From Hydrolagus affinis (taxonomy: Eukaryota), in contig JAAILG010000328.1 in NCBI GenBank assembly GCA_012026655.1, positions 1-64,000 of the forward strand: a DNA stretch of 64,000 nucleotides. Direction: 5' to 3'. The notes beneath the pieces are model-generated. The model did no database searches. It was given only the letters and a program-made list of their open reading frames with translations, and was not told the origin of the DNA. Of this stretch, positions 1 through 13,470 are shown piece after piece. Each line of letters opens with the position of its first letter. Position 1 is the stretch's first letter. Made by a program: the position numbers and the translations under genes.

Positions 1-2516
1 AAAGATTGTCATGGATCAACACTGGAATTTGAACTACCGAGTACGTGTTACTTTGAAACGCACAGGACCTTTACTTTAAATTGAGCAATTAGTGAGGTGG
101 TTTAATCCATATCATCAATAAAACGGTAGCAAAGCTGACTAGAATACTAAAGGCATCATTGCTGAATTATCATAAACTGCTTTAAATACTAAAATAATGC
201 ACTTTACAACTGCTTTATGATATTTCAGTTTGTAACTCGTAACACAAGTAAGCATGCATTGGATAGCAAAGACTGATAGGATTGATGAGGAAAGTGTTGC
301 TGAGCATTAGCAGAATCGACTACTCGCGGCAGTGCAGTTTATGCAAACTGGGCTTAATTTTGCATTGTTGGTTGATCCTTGTGTGTTGAGCGTTGCTTTG
401 GGATCTGCACTTTCGTGGGGGGACTTGTCCAGAGGTACTGAAAGATCTTGACATTTCATTACAGTGGCTCCTTTTGTAGAATTTTTAATGAATCAAATGA
501 TTGCTTCCTTCAAAGCACTCTGAAAACATACCAGATAGAATTCCACATCTTTGGCTTGTTGAAAGGGGATATTTGAATGTACAGTAATGTCTTGAATGGA
601 TGAGTTAGTTTTATTGTAGATGCGCAACTATGAAAGACTGCTGATGATTGCTAGTCTTTCTGGCACATGTCTACTCATTCAAAATATTATGTATTTGAGG
701 TGCATAACTGACGCATGGGAGATCTGAGTATGTGTGCAGAATGAATAGTTCAGAATGTCTTGATTTAGTTTTTTTTCACATGTCCCCTGGTTTAACCAGT
801 TGTCCTTTGTCAGGTGCATTTGGATGGACTTACTTACACAGTAGGTTTAAACATGTTTTTCCCCCAAATACCACACTAACATATGGTTGCGACGAGACTC
901 AATATATCCAATGGGTTTGCTCAAGTTTTGTCGGCAGTTGATTAATTTGACTTTCAACAACATTTTGAAGGTGCCTTTCAATTAAAATAAATATCGCAAA
1001 TGTGCATTACAGAATGGAATTAATTAGAAATGAAATGACTATTGTAATGGAATGGAGGCAAAATTCAAAGATGATTAGCTGTTAAACGGGGGAAATTCGG
1101 TTGCTCAAGTGTACTTTACTGGGTGAAGTTGGCATAGTGTGCCTGGTTGTGTTGTGTCTTGTTCGAGCTACTATCTGGTGCGCGACCTCAGCTCTAGTTC
1201 TTAATGTTGTGCTGGAGAGAGGCATGGAGAAATTTGTGTAGTTTGTGAGAGGTAACAGAAATTGCCAGAGTGTGGGTGAAATGTGTCAAGAAGGATATGG
1301 GGCAGGCATAATTTGTAAGAAGGGTGAAAGGAGTTGAGAAGAGAACTTTTAACGGAGAGGCTCGAATAAAAAGATTCATTTTCGGAAGATATAGAGGTAA
1401 ACTAGCAGGAAATAAGTAGCTTGGCATGTGCAGAGAGATCAGTTAGTGTCTGTTTGTGCATCATTCCCTTGGATAGACTGAGCATCTCCAATGTTTTATC
1501 AGTGATGGAAATGAGCTAATATGGGATATATTGTTTACATTTTTAAAGGCAGTTTAGTTGGATGGATGAGTGGAGAAGGCACTGTGAGGTTCTGCTTGTA
1601 GAAACATAGAGGGTTTGCACTTGTAGACACTAATTATTGTTTCTGGTTTGCAAATGAATGACTTGATCTCAAATTCATTTTTTAAAAATTCTGAATGCCA
1701 GCAAACGTTTTTTTGCCTCTAGCTAGTTGTTTGCTTTCTGACTTTGGTTGGGAAACTTTGACTGTCCTCCCCTCTGTCTGACTATCGGTGGATGAGGCTT
1801 CAACCTGGAACACTTCCAAAATCCCTTCACCTTGAATCTTCTATCCCTGCCTTTAAATCCCTCTTAAAATGTCTCTTTGACCCTGACATTTTGATATGTA
1901 AAATTTTACCCTTTCTCTCTGCTTGGTAACTTTATTGTCATTGTGAAGTACTTTGAGGAGTTCATCCTATGTATAGATGCTATATAATTGGTAGTTGTTA
2001 TCGATCCTAACTTTAGGTATTACATCCACTTTGAATGTTATATTTGTACAAATCTGTGTACAATGTTGAATCACACTATTTTTAAAATTGGGTGCAATTT
2101 TAGATTTGTGGTGATGTACATGCCTTTGTCAGAACCTGGGGTTCACTTCAGCAGTTTTTTTTCTCTGAATTTAGTGTTTATTGTTCTGAACTTGCAGTTT
2201 CTTTGCATTTTCTTTTTTAATGGGATATGAATGATTTTAGCTGTTCTCCCTGCATCCTCTGTATTGCTTAGGTGCCATAACCAAAGGTACATTTTTGGTA
2301 TTTATCAGTTGGCTTAGCTACTTTCTGCAATTGAAACAACATTGAAATTCAAAGAATGTAGCACCATTGTATTGTTAAAGTCAGTTGGTGAACTGCAGTG
2401 GTATAACAGTTCTATTTACAAATGGGAGTTTTACCAATATTGCTCGATAGTTGGCAGACTTCCTTTTTGTTTTTGAATACGTATCTGGATGGTAACTTTT
2501 TCACTGGAACAGATTA

Positions 2517-2882
2517 CAGTAAAAGCCCGTTTATCCAGCACCCTCCGGATGGCGGGGGTGGAGGGAGGATCGACTAATTGACTGTGTCAGATAATCGGGC
2601 GGCAAGTTGCCGAAAATGGAACACGGAAAATGTACTTATTTTAAAACATACCATATTAATAATACACTAAATAGTAACAGAATATTTTATGGATACTTAC
2701 CAATAAAGATTCCAGCACACTCGGTAAAAACCCAGAGTTCTTAAGTTTAATAAGTGAGCATGTACACGCATTGCGCACATGCACAAAGTGAGCATACTCA
2801 CAATTGCTGGAATGGGGAATTGCCCCGAGAGGGGGGTCGCGCAATGCAGTTGATCAGTTCACAGATAAACAGGCTTTTACTG
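2517..2882. mobile_element. Tc1/mariner-pogo (Tigger-like) MITE, family A
   Basis: TA|cagtaaaagcccgtttatc ... gataaacaggcttttactg|TA; internal sequence matches the copy at 26873. Confidence 0.88.
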
Positions 2883-3799
2883 TACTGTAAAGCAAGCTGA
2901 CAGTGAAAAGTGTGGCATGGTTTATGTCTACCTAGCCTCTCAATACATCATTTTTTCAATTACAATTTCTGGAGACATCTACAGTAAATATTCTGACACT
3001 TAAGTGGAAATGTTGACCAATATTTTCATTCCTTACACAATTTTAATTTGGTTTGTGAGCGGTGTTTAGCATAGTCTAATACAGCAGTTGCCAATGCTGG
3101 TTACAATTGATGGTTCACTCACTGACCCTTTCCATGAATTCTGTAGTTCCCTAGGGCCCTATGATCTCCCATTTTGTTCCTGGAATGACCCCCTGCACTC
3201 TTAATGCAACTCTGTCCATTTTGCTGCTGATTCTGCTTTTAATCTATCAGCTTCCTTCAGGCTACCACTGTTCCCTAATGTGTATAGCCTTTTCTCTCTC
3301 AGTACATTGCTTGATTCTTTAACCCTTCATCTCTGGGATAGTGATGGTTTCCTTTTGATTTCTCAAAGTCTCTGTTTCTTGGATGTCTAATTAGCATAGG
3401 TATCACTTTTTGGCTCTGGTGTCTGTGCTCTAAATCAAAGGCTATACTTCAGATTTTTCTTCACCTGTTAACATTCTTGGCCCTGCAAACTCCTCTCAGG
3501 TCTCTAATACTAAAGAAACCTTCAAAAAGGTTTGTGGGAGAGGGGGGAGGAGGGGGTGGGGTGGGGTTCATCTTGGGGACTGAGTTGGTTACAAGGTTAT
3601 ACCACTGGAACATTGCAATTGATGATTCTACGTAGAGCTCTCATTTCTCTTGATAGCCCAGGGCACTGATAGACCAACCATTTTGGATCATCAACATGAC
3701 TTTGAAGGGACAAGGGTTTTTTTCTCCCACTCTGTTAACTGTGGAAACAAACCAAACCCACAATAGGTGGTTCTAGCTTGACAGGCAGAAGATAGCAAC

Positions 3800-4585
3800 A
3801 ATGCTGAGCCAGGGAAAGGGAGAAATGATAATAAAATGAATGAAATGTGGGGGGTTGGGCGGAAAGGGATAAACAGATTGTACAAGCAGCGAGATGCGAG
3901 GGCGTGAAAGGATTTGAAAACAAGTGAGAGGATCTTGGAATTGTTCTGTTCGCTAATTGGAAGCCAGTGGAGTCTGGCAAACACTGGTGTGATGGGGGTA
4001 TGGAGTTTTGTGTGGGTGAGTATTTGGGTGGCAGACTTTGGGATTCATTCGATTTGGGGTGTGGTGGAACTGGGCAGAGCAGCGATGAGAGCATTGAAAT
4101 AGTTCCACTGGAAAGGGACAACGGTGTGGATGAGGGTTTTGGTTGTGAGGTATGGACAGAGGCAAGCAATGTGATAGAGGTTGAACAAAGTGGTTCTGGT
4201 CAGGCAACATAAAGCTGGGGATTGAACCTGAAGCCTACATTGTGCACGGGTAGGGTGAGTCTCTTGAGAGCCCAGGGAGTTTGAGGAGTTTAGACCTGCA
4301 GGAGAGAAGATGTTGAAGGGAGCCAAAGAGTATGGTTTCCGTCTTGCCATTAATCAGCTGCAGGATACTTGCACCCATCCAGGCCTTGATGTCTTTTGAA
4401 CAAGCTGATAGGACAGCAGCGGACTGGGGGTCACAGCTGGAGAATAAGTAGATCTGGGTGTTATCCGCATACATGTGGAAGTTGACCCCATGTCTGCGGA
4501 TGACATTGCCAAGAGGGAGCATGTTGGTGAGGGATAGAATGGGGCCAAGGATAGAGCCCCGGGTGACTGGGCGGGCGTGGGAGGA
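3800..4585 (-). mobile_element. L2-clade LINE RT fragment (decayed)
   Basis: Frameshifted ORF pieces GSILGPILSLTNMLPLGNVIRRHGVNFHMYADNTQIY (QGSxLGP, YADD-like) and LHWLPI...KILSLVFKSFH. Confidence 0.88.
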
Positions 4586-4940
4586 AAGGCCATATGCTGA
4601 GAATGTGCAAGACAACATTAACAAGTTGTGTAGTTTTAGCTGGATTAGCACCTGATACTTTCCAGAATTAACTGGGGAAAGATTGAGCACTTCACTCCAG
4701 AACTGGGAACATTTCCATGAATGTGAGTAGTTTTGATTTATATATTTTTATGCATGGTAATGGGGTTCTGTATAATATAAGGAAATACCAGTTTAACTCA
4801 AGTGAACTTTTATGCCTGGATCAGAAGAATGTGGGTTCTAACCTGATGTTAGGGACTTTGAGCTCATGGGTAATACTCTTGCGCAGTACTGAGAGAATGT
4901 TGCATGTTCAAAGTGCTGTTCATTGGATGAAAAGTCAGGA

Positions 4941-5230
4941 TAATAATAATAATCCTTGTATTTGGTGTAGTGCTTTTCAGGTCTTCTAGATGTCTCAAAG
5001 CTCTTCACAGAATATACTGTAAAGTGAATTGACTGTATATTTGTGGGCGTGTCCTACAAACTTGGATTGAAATGACCAGTTTTCCTATTGTGGTTTTTTT
5101 TTCTCCAGGGGATTATTATTTGGCATATGGAGTAAGGAAACTTGTCCAAAGTTTCACCCTGCTTGGATTTGAACCCAGGTCTCTTGCTTGTAAGATGAGT
5201 GCTTTAACCACTGAGCTACAGTATTCCACA
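4941..5230 (-). mobile_element. SINE copy with internal deletion
   Basis: Reverse complement of the 9671 family. Confidence 0.85.
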
Positions 5231-8200
5231 GGATCTCAGTGTACAGAAATGTGCAGGACTAAACTTTGAGATGCTTGGTGATATTTTTCAGTATATACAG
5301 GTTGTGACACTGGGCACCTCTTAACTCTAAGCTTCCAATATCCTTTGGTCATTTCCAGTCTGGCCTTCAAGTTAAATTACATGGGGATTGTTATTTTTTT
5401 ACTTTTATTCTTGTTTGATTTAGAAAACCTACCATTTGACAGAGGTTGGGTTCTTATCGCTGTTTATGTACAAAGCCAAATGGAATGATTCAAATGTTCT
5501 GCTATTTGCAAACTATTGGGGAAGCAACCTTATCAGTGTGAAAGGCATCTATCCCTGCGTCAGTGGTTGTTACTTGCCAATGAGTAATGCTTGCAGGTTG
5601 TCTTCAAAAAAACATTTTTCACTGGCAGTTGACTCCACTGTGAGCACACTTATTTGGGTCCAGTGGATTTACCCATGCAGTATGGTGATTCACTGCAAGA
5701 GTAAACCATTTACAAGAATTAATCAATATGCATTCACTAATTATGTGGATTTTGACAGCTTGTGTCACCAATGTAACCTCATGTCCAAATGAACCATGAT
5801 TAGCTTTCCTGTTTCACAACAGGATGCTTGATGCCTTTCATTCGGTGCGTTTCAGTTGCTGTATGTAGGGCATACGGGGAGGTTATGGTTGGTGTGTTCC
5901 AGTTGCTCCTTTTGTGAATTGGAACTGCAGTGTAGAGTGATTTTTCATTTTATTTAATTGGTGAGATGCCTGGAAGACGTGAAAAGTGCTATATCAAATG
6001 CAAGTATTATTATTAGTTGTGTGTGAGTACAGTGTTTCAAAATCCAGGCATGCTAGTTATCCCAATAACCTTTACCGTGGTAATCTGCACCGCGGCGGTT
6101 TGTCTTCCAGTGGTGCTTTGGTCAGTTGATTGGGGAAAAATGTTCAACGTGTATTACGCATCTGCCATCTTTGCTTCTGTCCTGAAAGCCGCTATACACA
6201 TGTAATTCGGTATTGTTGTTGTTGACACCTTTCTGTGGACGGTGAATGTGCCCAGCAGCTCAGGTGATACTTTGGTTAGCCCGATTCAATGCTCGATTCA
6301 ATGCTCGCCATTAGTTGATGTTTGAACTTGGCCTCTCCCATCTGTGGCACAGTATCCAAGCTACGTATCTGTATGAAACAGTGGGTTCAGAGAGGACTGG
6401 TTTTACTCATATCAATGATGAACTTTCTGAAGATGCTTAGCTTTTGCCACCAACAAGAAAATCACCCCTCAAAATTGTAGTTCTACAACTAATCTGTCAA
6501 TGAAAGTGCAACATTGTCCCAGAGATATTACACCACAGACTGCTGAAAGCTTCTAACTCGACTTTAAGCACATCAGTAACCAGCCACATCTGATTACATT
6601 ATTAACAATCCGATTTATTACTGTCTTGAGAGGCTTAAATGATAGATGCTGATTAATTATTTAAATGGTTCAAATGGTGTAATGTGCTCTGGGTTGAATA
6701 CATGACAGTGGTTTAATAACGAGTATGTTTCTGGTCATGCCAAAGTACAGTTCTCCAAAAGATTTGAGATTGGTAAATCGGTAATATGGGTAAAATGGTT
6801 CTTCCATACTGTGTCCTGTATACAATCGTCTGCATTACAACACCAGCTTCAATTCATATAGCGCCCTCCACGCTGTACGGCATCTCAGAGCGCTTACCAG
6901 GAGGTTAGGTTATTTGTAAACTAGCAAATAGCGTTGATCCATGCTGTGTTGAACTGCAGTGCTGCTGCTGGCAGCTGGGATATTAATATGATTTGAAATG
7001 GTCATATAGCAAAGTGATCCACTAAACTGTGATGACTAACGTATTATTATTATTTATTATAACGTATATGCTTCTGAGGTGAGGAAAACGAGAAAGAGTG
7101 AGAATAAAAACACTATTCACATGTTAGAAGATACTCGGTTATCATTTCACTTGACCAAATTTCACTGAGCTTGGGATTTAATGACTGCTTAGATTGCCTC
7201 TTCCAACCCCCTGTGCCACTTGTATTTGTTCATTTTCACTTCTTCAAATTGTGTTTTCGTTAAAAACAAAGTCATCATAAATAATTCACTTCAAGATTTA
7301 TGTTTCAATTGTAGGACTCCAGTGTCCTGTTCTTGGACTGTTTATGACTGTAGGTCATAGTATACCGTTTTGGAGGTTGGAAGGTAGTACAGTATTCTTC
7401 TGTCTCTGCAGGGATGGATCGTATCAATCCCCTTGTGCTTCACCTGCTCATTCCAACATATCAACTGACTTCACTCTCCTTGGCTTGCCATTGCATGCTC
7501 TCCTATTCCTATTGCTATCAATTTTGCCCATAAAGTAACCACCATGTGTTCTTGCTCCTAATGGACCTAATATATGTAATTTTTCTGATTGTGGTCAACT
7601 TTGTCACTTCTTGTTCTATTTCAGGGGCCTGCGCTACCAATAGTAATTCTTTACCAGGTCATTTTCTTTATACTCCTGAAGCTGTTCAAGGGCCAGTTTT
7701 CACATCTGCACCAGGCTGATTCTCTTTTTAAATTACTGCTATAGCAAAATTATGAATGGTTAGACTCAAATATTGGTACAACTTCTATTTGACGTTTAAT
7801 TCATTGCACACCTATGACTTGTGTTGGGGTGGCACCTGTGTAGCATTTTAGCACCAAGCTTAAAGCTTCTAGCATTCGAGCAAAACAGTTAGTCTCTGTG
7901 AGACACTGTCATCTAAAGTTGTTTCAATGTCCCCAGAGAATGGCTTACGTTTTGTGGTAGTGTACTTCTTGAAACATCCAGCTGGATCTGAACGAATCCT
8001 CATACAGTAAGCTTTCATTTTTGAATTATCCACTTTAGGAAGGTTTAATCCCAATAGCATCTCCATGCAGTCTGAGTGGTTTCCCCTTGAAATTCCTTTA
8101 CCTAAATAGCAATAAGCCAATGTAACCAAATTAAAGGATATTTGAAATCAAACTTTGCCTTGTTGAGATAGAGGAAAAATTGTATGGTAACTATTTCAAT

Positions 8201-9670
8201 CAGTCCAGTAATCCCAAATTAAGATCACTCGCTAAATTTATTGATTCGATTTAAAGACACTGACTTCATATGAAAATATGCGTTAAATTATATGCTTAAC
8301 AGTTCAACCTTCTGATGAAATACTGAGGAGCTAGGATTTCCTAACGTGTATTTGGTCTAGAACTGCAGTAACATTTATTCTGCTTTTAACATGGTTGCGG
8401 AGAAGTGCTGAGGATAAGCATTCCAATGATTCATTCCGTCCCAAAGGCCTTAGGCAGCGTTAGTTTCTGCAACATGTGCTCTGCTGTTACACTTCCATTA
8501 TGCCTGGCGTCACCATAGCTAAGATGGGTTTGTCAAGGAGAAAACTGAACAACTGTAGTACTTTAAATTGATCAAGTGATAATCCTTTCTCAAAAGCTTT
8601 TTAAAAAAAAAATTGTATTAAATGTATGTTCATAAATTTACTGGGAGTTTACTTAATATATCTACAGTTTGGGAAATCTTTTCGAAGGGGCATTCTTAAA
8701 CCTGTTTGACTGTATAATCACGCACAAGTGATCGTGAAGTGTTGCCGGAGGCAGGAAATTGTTTTTCAAAAGTACAGGGTTTGAAATTCCTGTTTGCTTT
8801 TTCAAAGGTATTTATGTCTACAATGCAGCTTAAAAATCCTGCCCTGAAGCGAAATAGACTAAAAGTGCTGATTAATTTCAACACAAGCTAGAGGTTGAAT
8901 CAGAGGAATATGTATTGGAATTACTGTCTGCTTTTACTATGACTCAATTAATTGGTTGTTATGCGATCCCAGATAAGAAATAGGCACTGCATCTGAACTC
9001 TTGAGTTCCTCCCTTAGTTCAGAGAAATGTTGTTTAGGGCTCCCTGTACTGATTACTACTATTCAGTGGAAAATGCATGTGTTGTTAAATGATAATGGAC
9101 TTGGGCTCATCTGCAGAATCTCCATGATTGACCAGCCTTCGAACCAACCAACGCGCCCGGGTATAAAATTGTCTTCAAATCGAATAACTTCTCGAGCGCT
9201 TCAGAATGGCGGGGATTTGAAGGTGGGGTGGGAGGTAACGAGTTAGGTTCAAAAAACACAATAATAAAAATTGGTCATTTCAATCAGGAATGTTTGTGGG
9301 ACACTGCTGTGCACAATTGGCTGCTGAATTTCACCCACAAATATACAGTCAATTCACTTTACAGTGTACTCTGTGAAGCGCTTTGAGACGTCGATAAGAT
9401 GGGAAAAGCTCCATATGAAATGAAAGGATGACATGCGAAGCTGTGAACCACACTAGGGTCAAATGGTGCATCCTATTGGTCCTTTTTCCCCACTTGGAGC
9501 TGAATCTTATTTAAAACGATGGAGACAACAACTTTTTTTTTGCATCGATATCAGGAAAGCCCAGAATTGTTTAGTTTACCCTGCCCAAGTGCAATTTTCA
9601 CTTCTAGGATAAAACTGGACATGTTGAATAGGTTTATATAATACATAAGGAATAAGAATATACAATATAT

Positions 9671-9975
9671 GTGGAGTCCTGTAGCTCAGTGGTTAGAGCA
9701 CTCGCTTTACAAGCTTGAGACCTCTGTTCGAATCCATGCAGGGCAAACTTTGGGCAAGTTTCCTCACTCCACACGCCTGATTATAATCCCTCAAAAAACT
9801 ATAATAAATTGGTCATTTTCAATTCACGACTGTTTGTGGGACACTGCTGTGCACAATTGGCTACTGTGTTTCGCCCACAAATATACAGTCAATTCACTTT
9901 ACAGTATATTTTGTGAAGCGCTTTGAGATGTCTAGAAGATGTGAAAAGCGCTATATCAAATGCAAGGATTATTAT
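9671..9975 (+). mobile_element. tRNA-derived Deu-type SINE, full length (reference copy of the dominant family)
   Basis: A box tagctcagtgg, B box gttcgaatcc, ttgggcaagtttcct CORE-like segment, body tttgtgggacactgctgtgcacaattggct, L2-like tail aaagcgctatatcaaatgcaagga(tta)n. Confidence 0.9.
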
Positions 9976-10916
9976 GAGTGGTGAAGGAGTGGCATGTTAA
10001 ATTTTCATTCTCTTTCCCCCTCGCCCGCCCTTCTCGATTGTAAATATTTCTGCTGCCTTAGAATGCAGGTGGAACCTGGTGACATTGAGTCCGTGTGCAC
10101 CCACAATGGGAAGTCGTGCTTTGGTAAGTGGAGTGGTCAAAGGGTAACATTTTCAGTGACTTTACTCGGTTGATGTTCTCTCATAGACCACGAGAATTGG
10201 GATCCAGAGGTTCCTACAACTGAATCCATGAGGAGTGACCAATTATAATGCGGGTTACACATTTGCAAATGTGTATGTCGTACATCTATTTTTTTTCAGT
10301 GCTTTTTTTTTAAAAAGAAAAGTGTGCAGAGAGCTTCGGAGACTGAGTATTCTGTAAAACTCTATTTGTGTATTCAATACTAAGAATTTTATGGACTTTA
10401 TTGCCATCTCTATTTCTTAACCTAGAAATAATATGTAGCTGTATTGCAATTGACAATTTGTCTCAAATACAATTGTATACCATGTCATTCCCCCACCTGC
10501 CCCCCCTCAAGCAACTTAAAATATTGTCTGATTATAAGGAGTTTTGCAGATATTCCTGTGCTCAGCAAGCTGCACAAAATGGCTGCTGCTGTTGCAGGCC
10601 TCACTTCAGTGAGTGGTTTATATGTGCACTGCATAAAATAGTGCAAGTTAGAAACTTTGAACAGTGAAATGCTAGTTGGGTCATATCAAAAGGTTGTGTT
10701 ACACTCCTGTGAGAGATTGATTTGATTGTAGCTAACCTGGCAGCTCCAATCAATGTCTTGAAATTCTCAGATTAAACTATTTTAGATGATTGTAGAATGT
10801 GCTTTGAGAAGTTCTTTGAGATTTTTATATATACAGTACGTACATTATTTGTGGGACGTAGGTTTCAGCTTTGAGTGTAATTTTACAAACCAGCATTAGA
10901 ACTGGTTAAACCTTTC

Positions 10917-11015
10917 GGTTCTGACGAGGAGTCGTGGACCCGAAAAGTTCACTCACTGTCCCTTCTCCATAGTGCTTGATCTGATGAGTGTTCCCAACAA
11001 CTTCTGTTTTTGTTT
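10917..11015 (+). mobile_element. Single-arm Penelope pLTR fragment starting at the hammerhead
   Basis: gttctgacgaggagtcgtggacccgaaaagtt...caacttctgtttttgttt. Confidence 0.75.
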
Positions 11016-12059
11016 TATAACTGATGTGATGGATGGAGTGGTAGACTGTTTACTGAGGCTGTGCACAATTTCAGTAACTTGTCCTAATGGTATTAATGGA
11101 TAAGAACATGAATAAGCATGTGTAAACAGCAACTCCCATCATTTTACCAACAGAGAATGGAGTTTCTCCTGGCTAACAGCACTCCTGGAAATATTTAAAA
11201 AATAAAGTAAAAGCTTTGGAACACAGTTTTGCTGATCATTTCTACTATTGTTTTGCTGGTACAGTATTTAAATTATTATTATTATTATTATTATTAAATT
11301 ATTGTTCGGAAACAGGCATAGACAGACCAATGTTCTGGCTTTCCTCTGGGACATAAAGATTTTGTTTATATTGGTGTCCGTCCAGCGCCTTGAGACGTCC
11401 TCCCGATGTAATTTTGTTGTTGTGTAATTTGTGGTATTCCAAACCAGATCTGTTGCAATAATTGCAACTTCCAGTTTGCTACGTGAAATTCACAGCCAGG
11501 AATCTTAAATGGGCAAATTCCAAAGAATCAACTTTTACAGAAATAACTGGTCGGGTAATTGTAAATCATGCTTTGTAAATATTTTAAATTGAACTTGCAA
11601 CCGAACTGACTTTGCCACCAATGCCAAATGAGAAACATCTTTTTACTCTGAGGTTGTTTTTGAAATTGAGAAACCAGGATCAAGTGAATAATGTACCAGT
11701 GGGTAATCAGATGTGCACTCTTCATGCTTGAGCTGCCTTTTGTATGCTTAGGGGGAGGGGTGGTCGGCATTCACAAGCATGCATCCACTTAACGCTGCCT
11801 TATGCTACTTAGAATTCCACAAATAGAACTGTGTTGAAGCGATGCCCAGTATTACTGATTGCCCTGGGTGCTTTGGGGAATGTTAAGTGCAATAAATACT
11901 TACCAGATTGGACAACTTAAAATACCTGCTAATTCAGGGAGTTCAACTTTGTCTGTGCAGAAGCTCTCAAAACCAGCTCATTGCTGGGTAGCTGCATCAA
12001 GATAGTAAATTTGTGAATAACGGTTAAACTCGGATTTGAGAAAAGAGAGGAAGAAGAAA

Positions 12060-12378
12060 AACAAAAAACTCAGCAGGTCAAGCAGCATCCATGGTGAAAG
12101 GAAAGTGAGTCAACGTTTCGGGTCCACGACCCTTCGTCAGAACTGGGGCAGGTTGGGAGGGAGATGTTTTTAAGGACGTTAGAGAGGGGGGAGGCAGGAC
12201 AAGGAAGACAAAGGAGACAAAACCTCTCTCCCAACATGCCCCAGTTCTGACGAAGGGTTGTGGACCTGAAACATTGACTCACTTTCCTTTCTCCATGGAT
12301 GCTGCCTGACCTGCTGAGTTTCCCCAGCAACTTCTGTTTTTGTTTCAGATTTCCCGCATCTGTAGTATTTAGTGTTTT
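12060..12378. mobile_element. Fold-back (inverted pLTR) Penelope derivative
   Basis: Roughly 95-bp inverted arms; TSD gaggaagaagaaa (12047-12059) / gaggaagaataaa (12379-12391). Confidence 0.88.
12108..12144 (-). ncRNA. Minimal type I hammerhead ribozyme (PLE-type), core intact
   Basis: Minus strand AGUU-CUGACGA-A-GGGUC-GUG-GACCC-GAAAC-GUU-GACU: stem I AGUU/GACU, 5-bp stem II, palindromic ACGU helix III. Confidence 0.7.
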
Positions 12379-13162
12379 GAGGAAGAATAAATTATGGGGG
12401 TGGGGAGAGGAAAACAAACTTTTTTGAAAATAATCCATCTGTATAGACCTGTGTGTGAATTGAGGGGGAAATTTGAGGAGTAAATTTTAGGAGTACCATG
12501 AAATAGTGTTAATACTGATTAAAATAATGTTTAAACAAATGGACTAAATAATCCTTATATTTAGTATAGCACCTTTCATGGCAGGAAGATGTACCAAAAC
12601 GTTTCACAGGATTTACAGCAAAGTGTTTTTAAAAAAATTATTTGTAGGTGAATGTGGTAGCCAATTTGTACACAACAATGTCCCACAAATGGCCATGCAG
12701 GGGGATTGTCGATCAGGACTCCCCAAGAAATTCTCTTCTCTTTTTCATAGTGCCGTTCACCTGAACTGGCAGTGGGGCCTCAGATTCATGTCTCAACAGC
12801 AGTAACTTGCACTTATTTACCACCCTCCATGTCGGATAGCATCTCAGAGCACTTAATGTGTCAGGTGTCATCGGATACTATTAAACTAGATTGCTCCTTA
12901 GAGACGGACCATTTGCCTCATCAGGGCTTTGATGGTGTTCTTCTCGATGTGATCCACCTGGTCCGATCCTTCCTCTTTTATATACGTGTTAACCTTCTCT
13001 GCTGTTGGGAGTTCTAGACAAATCTGGACAACACTTGTACATGGGCATCTGTACTAAGTGCAGTGGAATGCGTGAGGCACGTGAAACTTTTCCCCATGGT
13101 GGAGCCAGTAGGGATATAGATCAGCCAGGTTTTAAGGGTGGGATGGACACAAGAACAGGACA

Positions 13163-13470
13163 GAGTCCTGTATCTCAATGGTTAGAGTACCCGCCTTACA
13201 AACGAGATACCTGGGTTCGATTCCAGGCAGGATAGAACCATGGGGAAGTTTCCTTATTCCACATGCCTAATAATAATAATCCCCCCCAAAAAAATTATAA
13301 ATTGGTCATTTGAATCCACGACTGTTTTTGGTACACTGCCTCGCACAATTGGCTACCGCGTTTCACCCACAAATATACAGTCAATTCACTTTACAGTATA
13401 TCCTGCAAAGTGCTTTCAGATGTCTAGAAGACATGAAAAATGCTATATCAAATGCAAGGATTGTTATTGT
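13163..13470 (+). mobile_element. SINE copy
   Basis: Colinear with 9671-9975. Confidence 0.87.

Noticed and set aside
1200-1440. Purine-rich stretch with AATAAA in intron 1 (possible LTR or cryptic terminal exon)
   Set aside because: No second copy, TG..CA ends or convincing acceptor could be identified.
6282-6307. Short tandem duplications and microsatellites (cgattcaatgct x2; also 28922-28946, 47815-47851, (ATT)n at 11273, (TA)n at 35952)
   Set aside because: Ordinary slippage products; no repeat-spacer structure, so not CRISPR-like.
9671-9750. tRNA-like sequences (A/B boxes, cttgcaa or cttacaa loop) at many sites
   Set aside because: They lack an acceptor stem and always run into the SINE body; these are SINE heads, not tRNA genes.
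12060-12378. Long hairpins as miRNA genes or classical DNA-transposon MITEs
   Set aside because: The arms are Penelope pLTR sequence with an asymmetric tail and variable 11-14 bp TSDs; no known mature miRNA was recognised.
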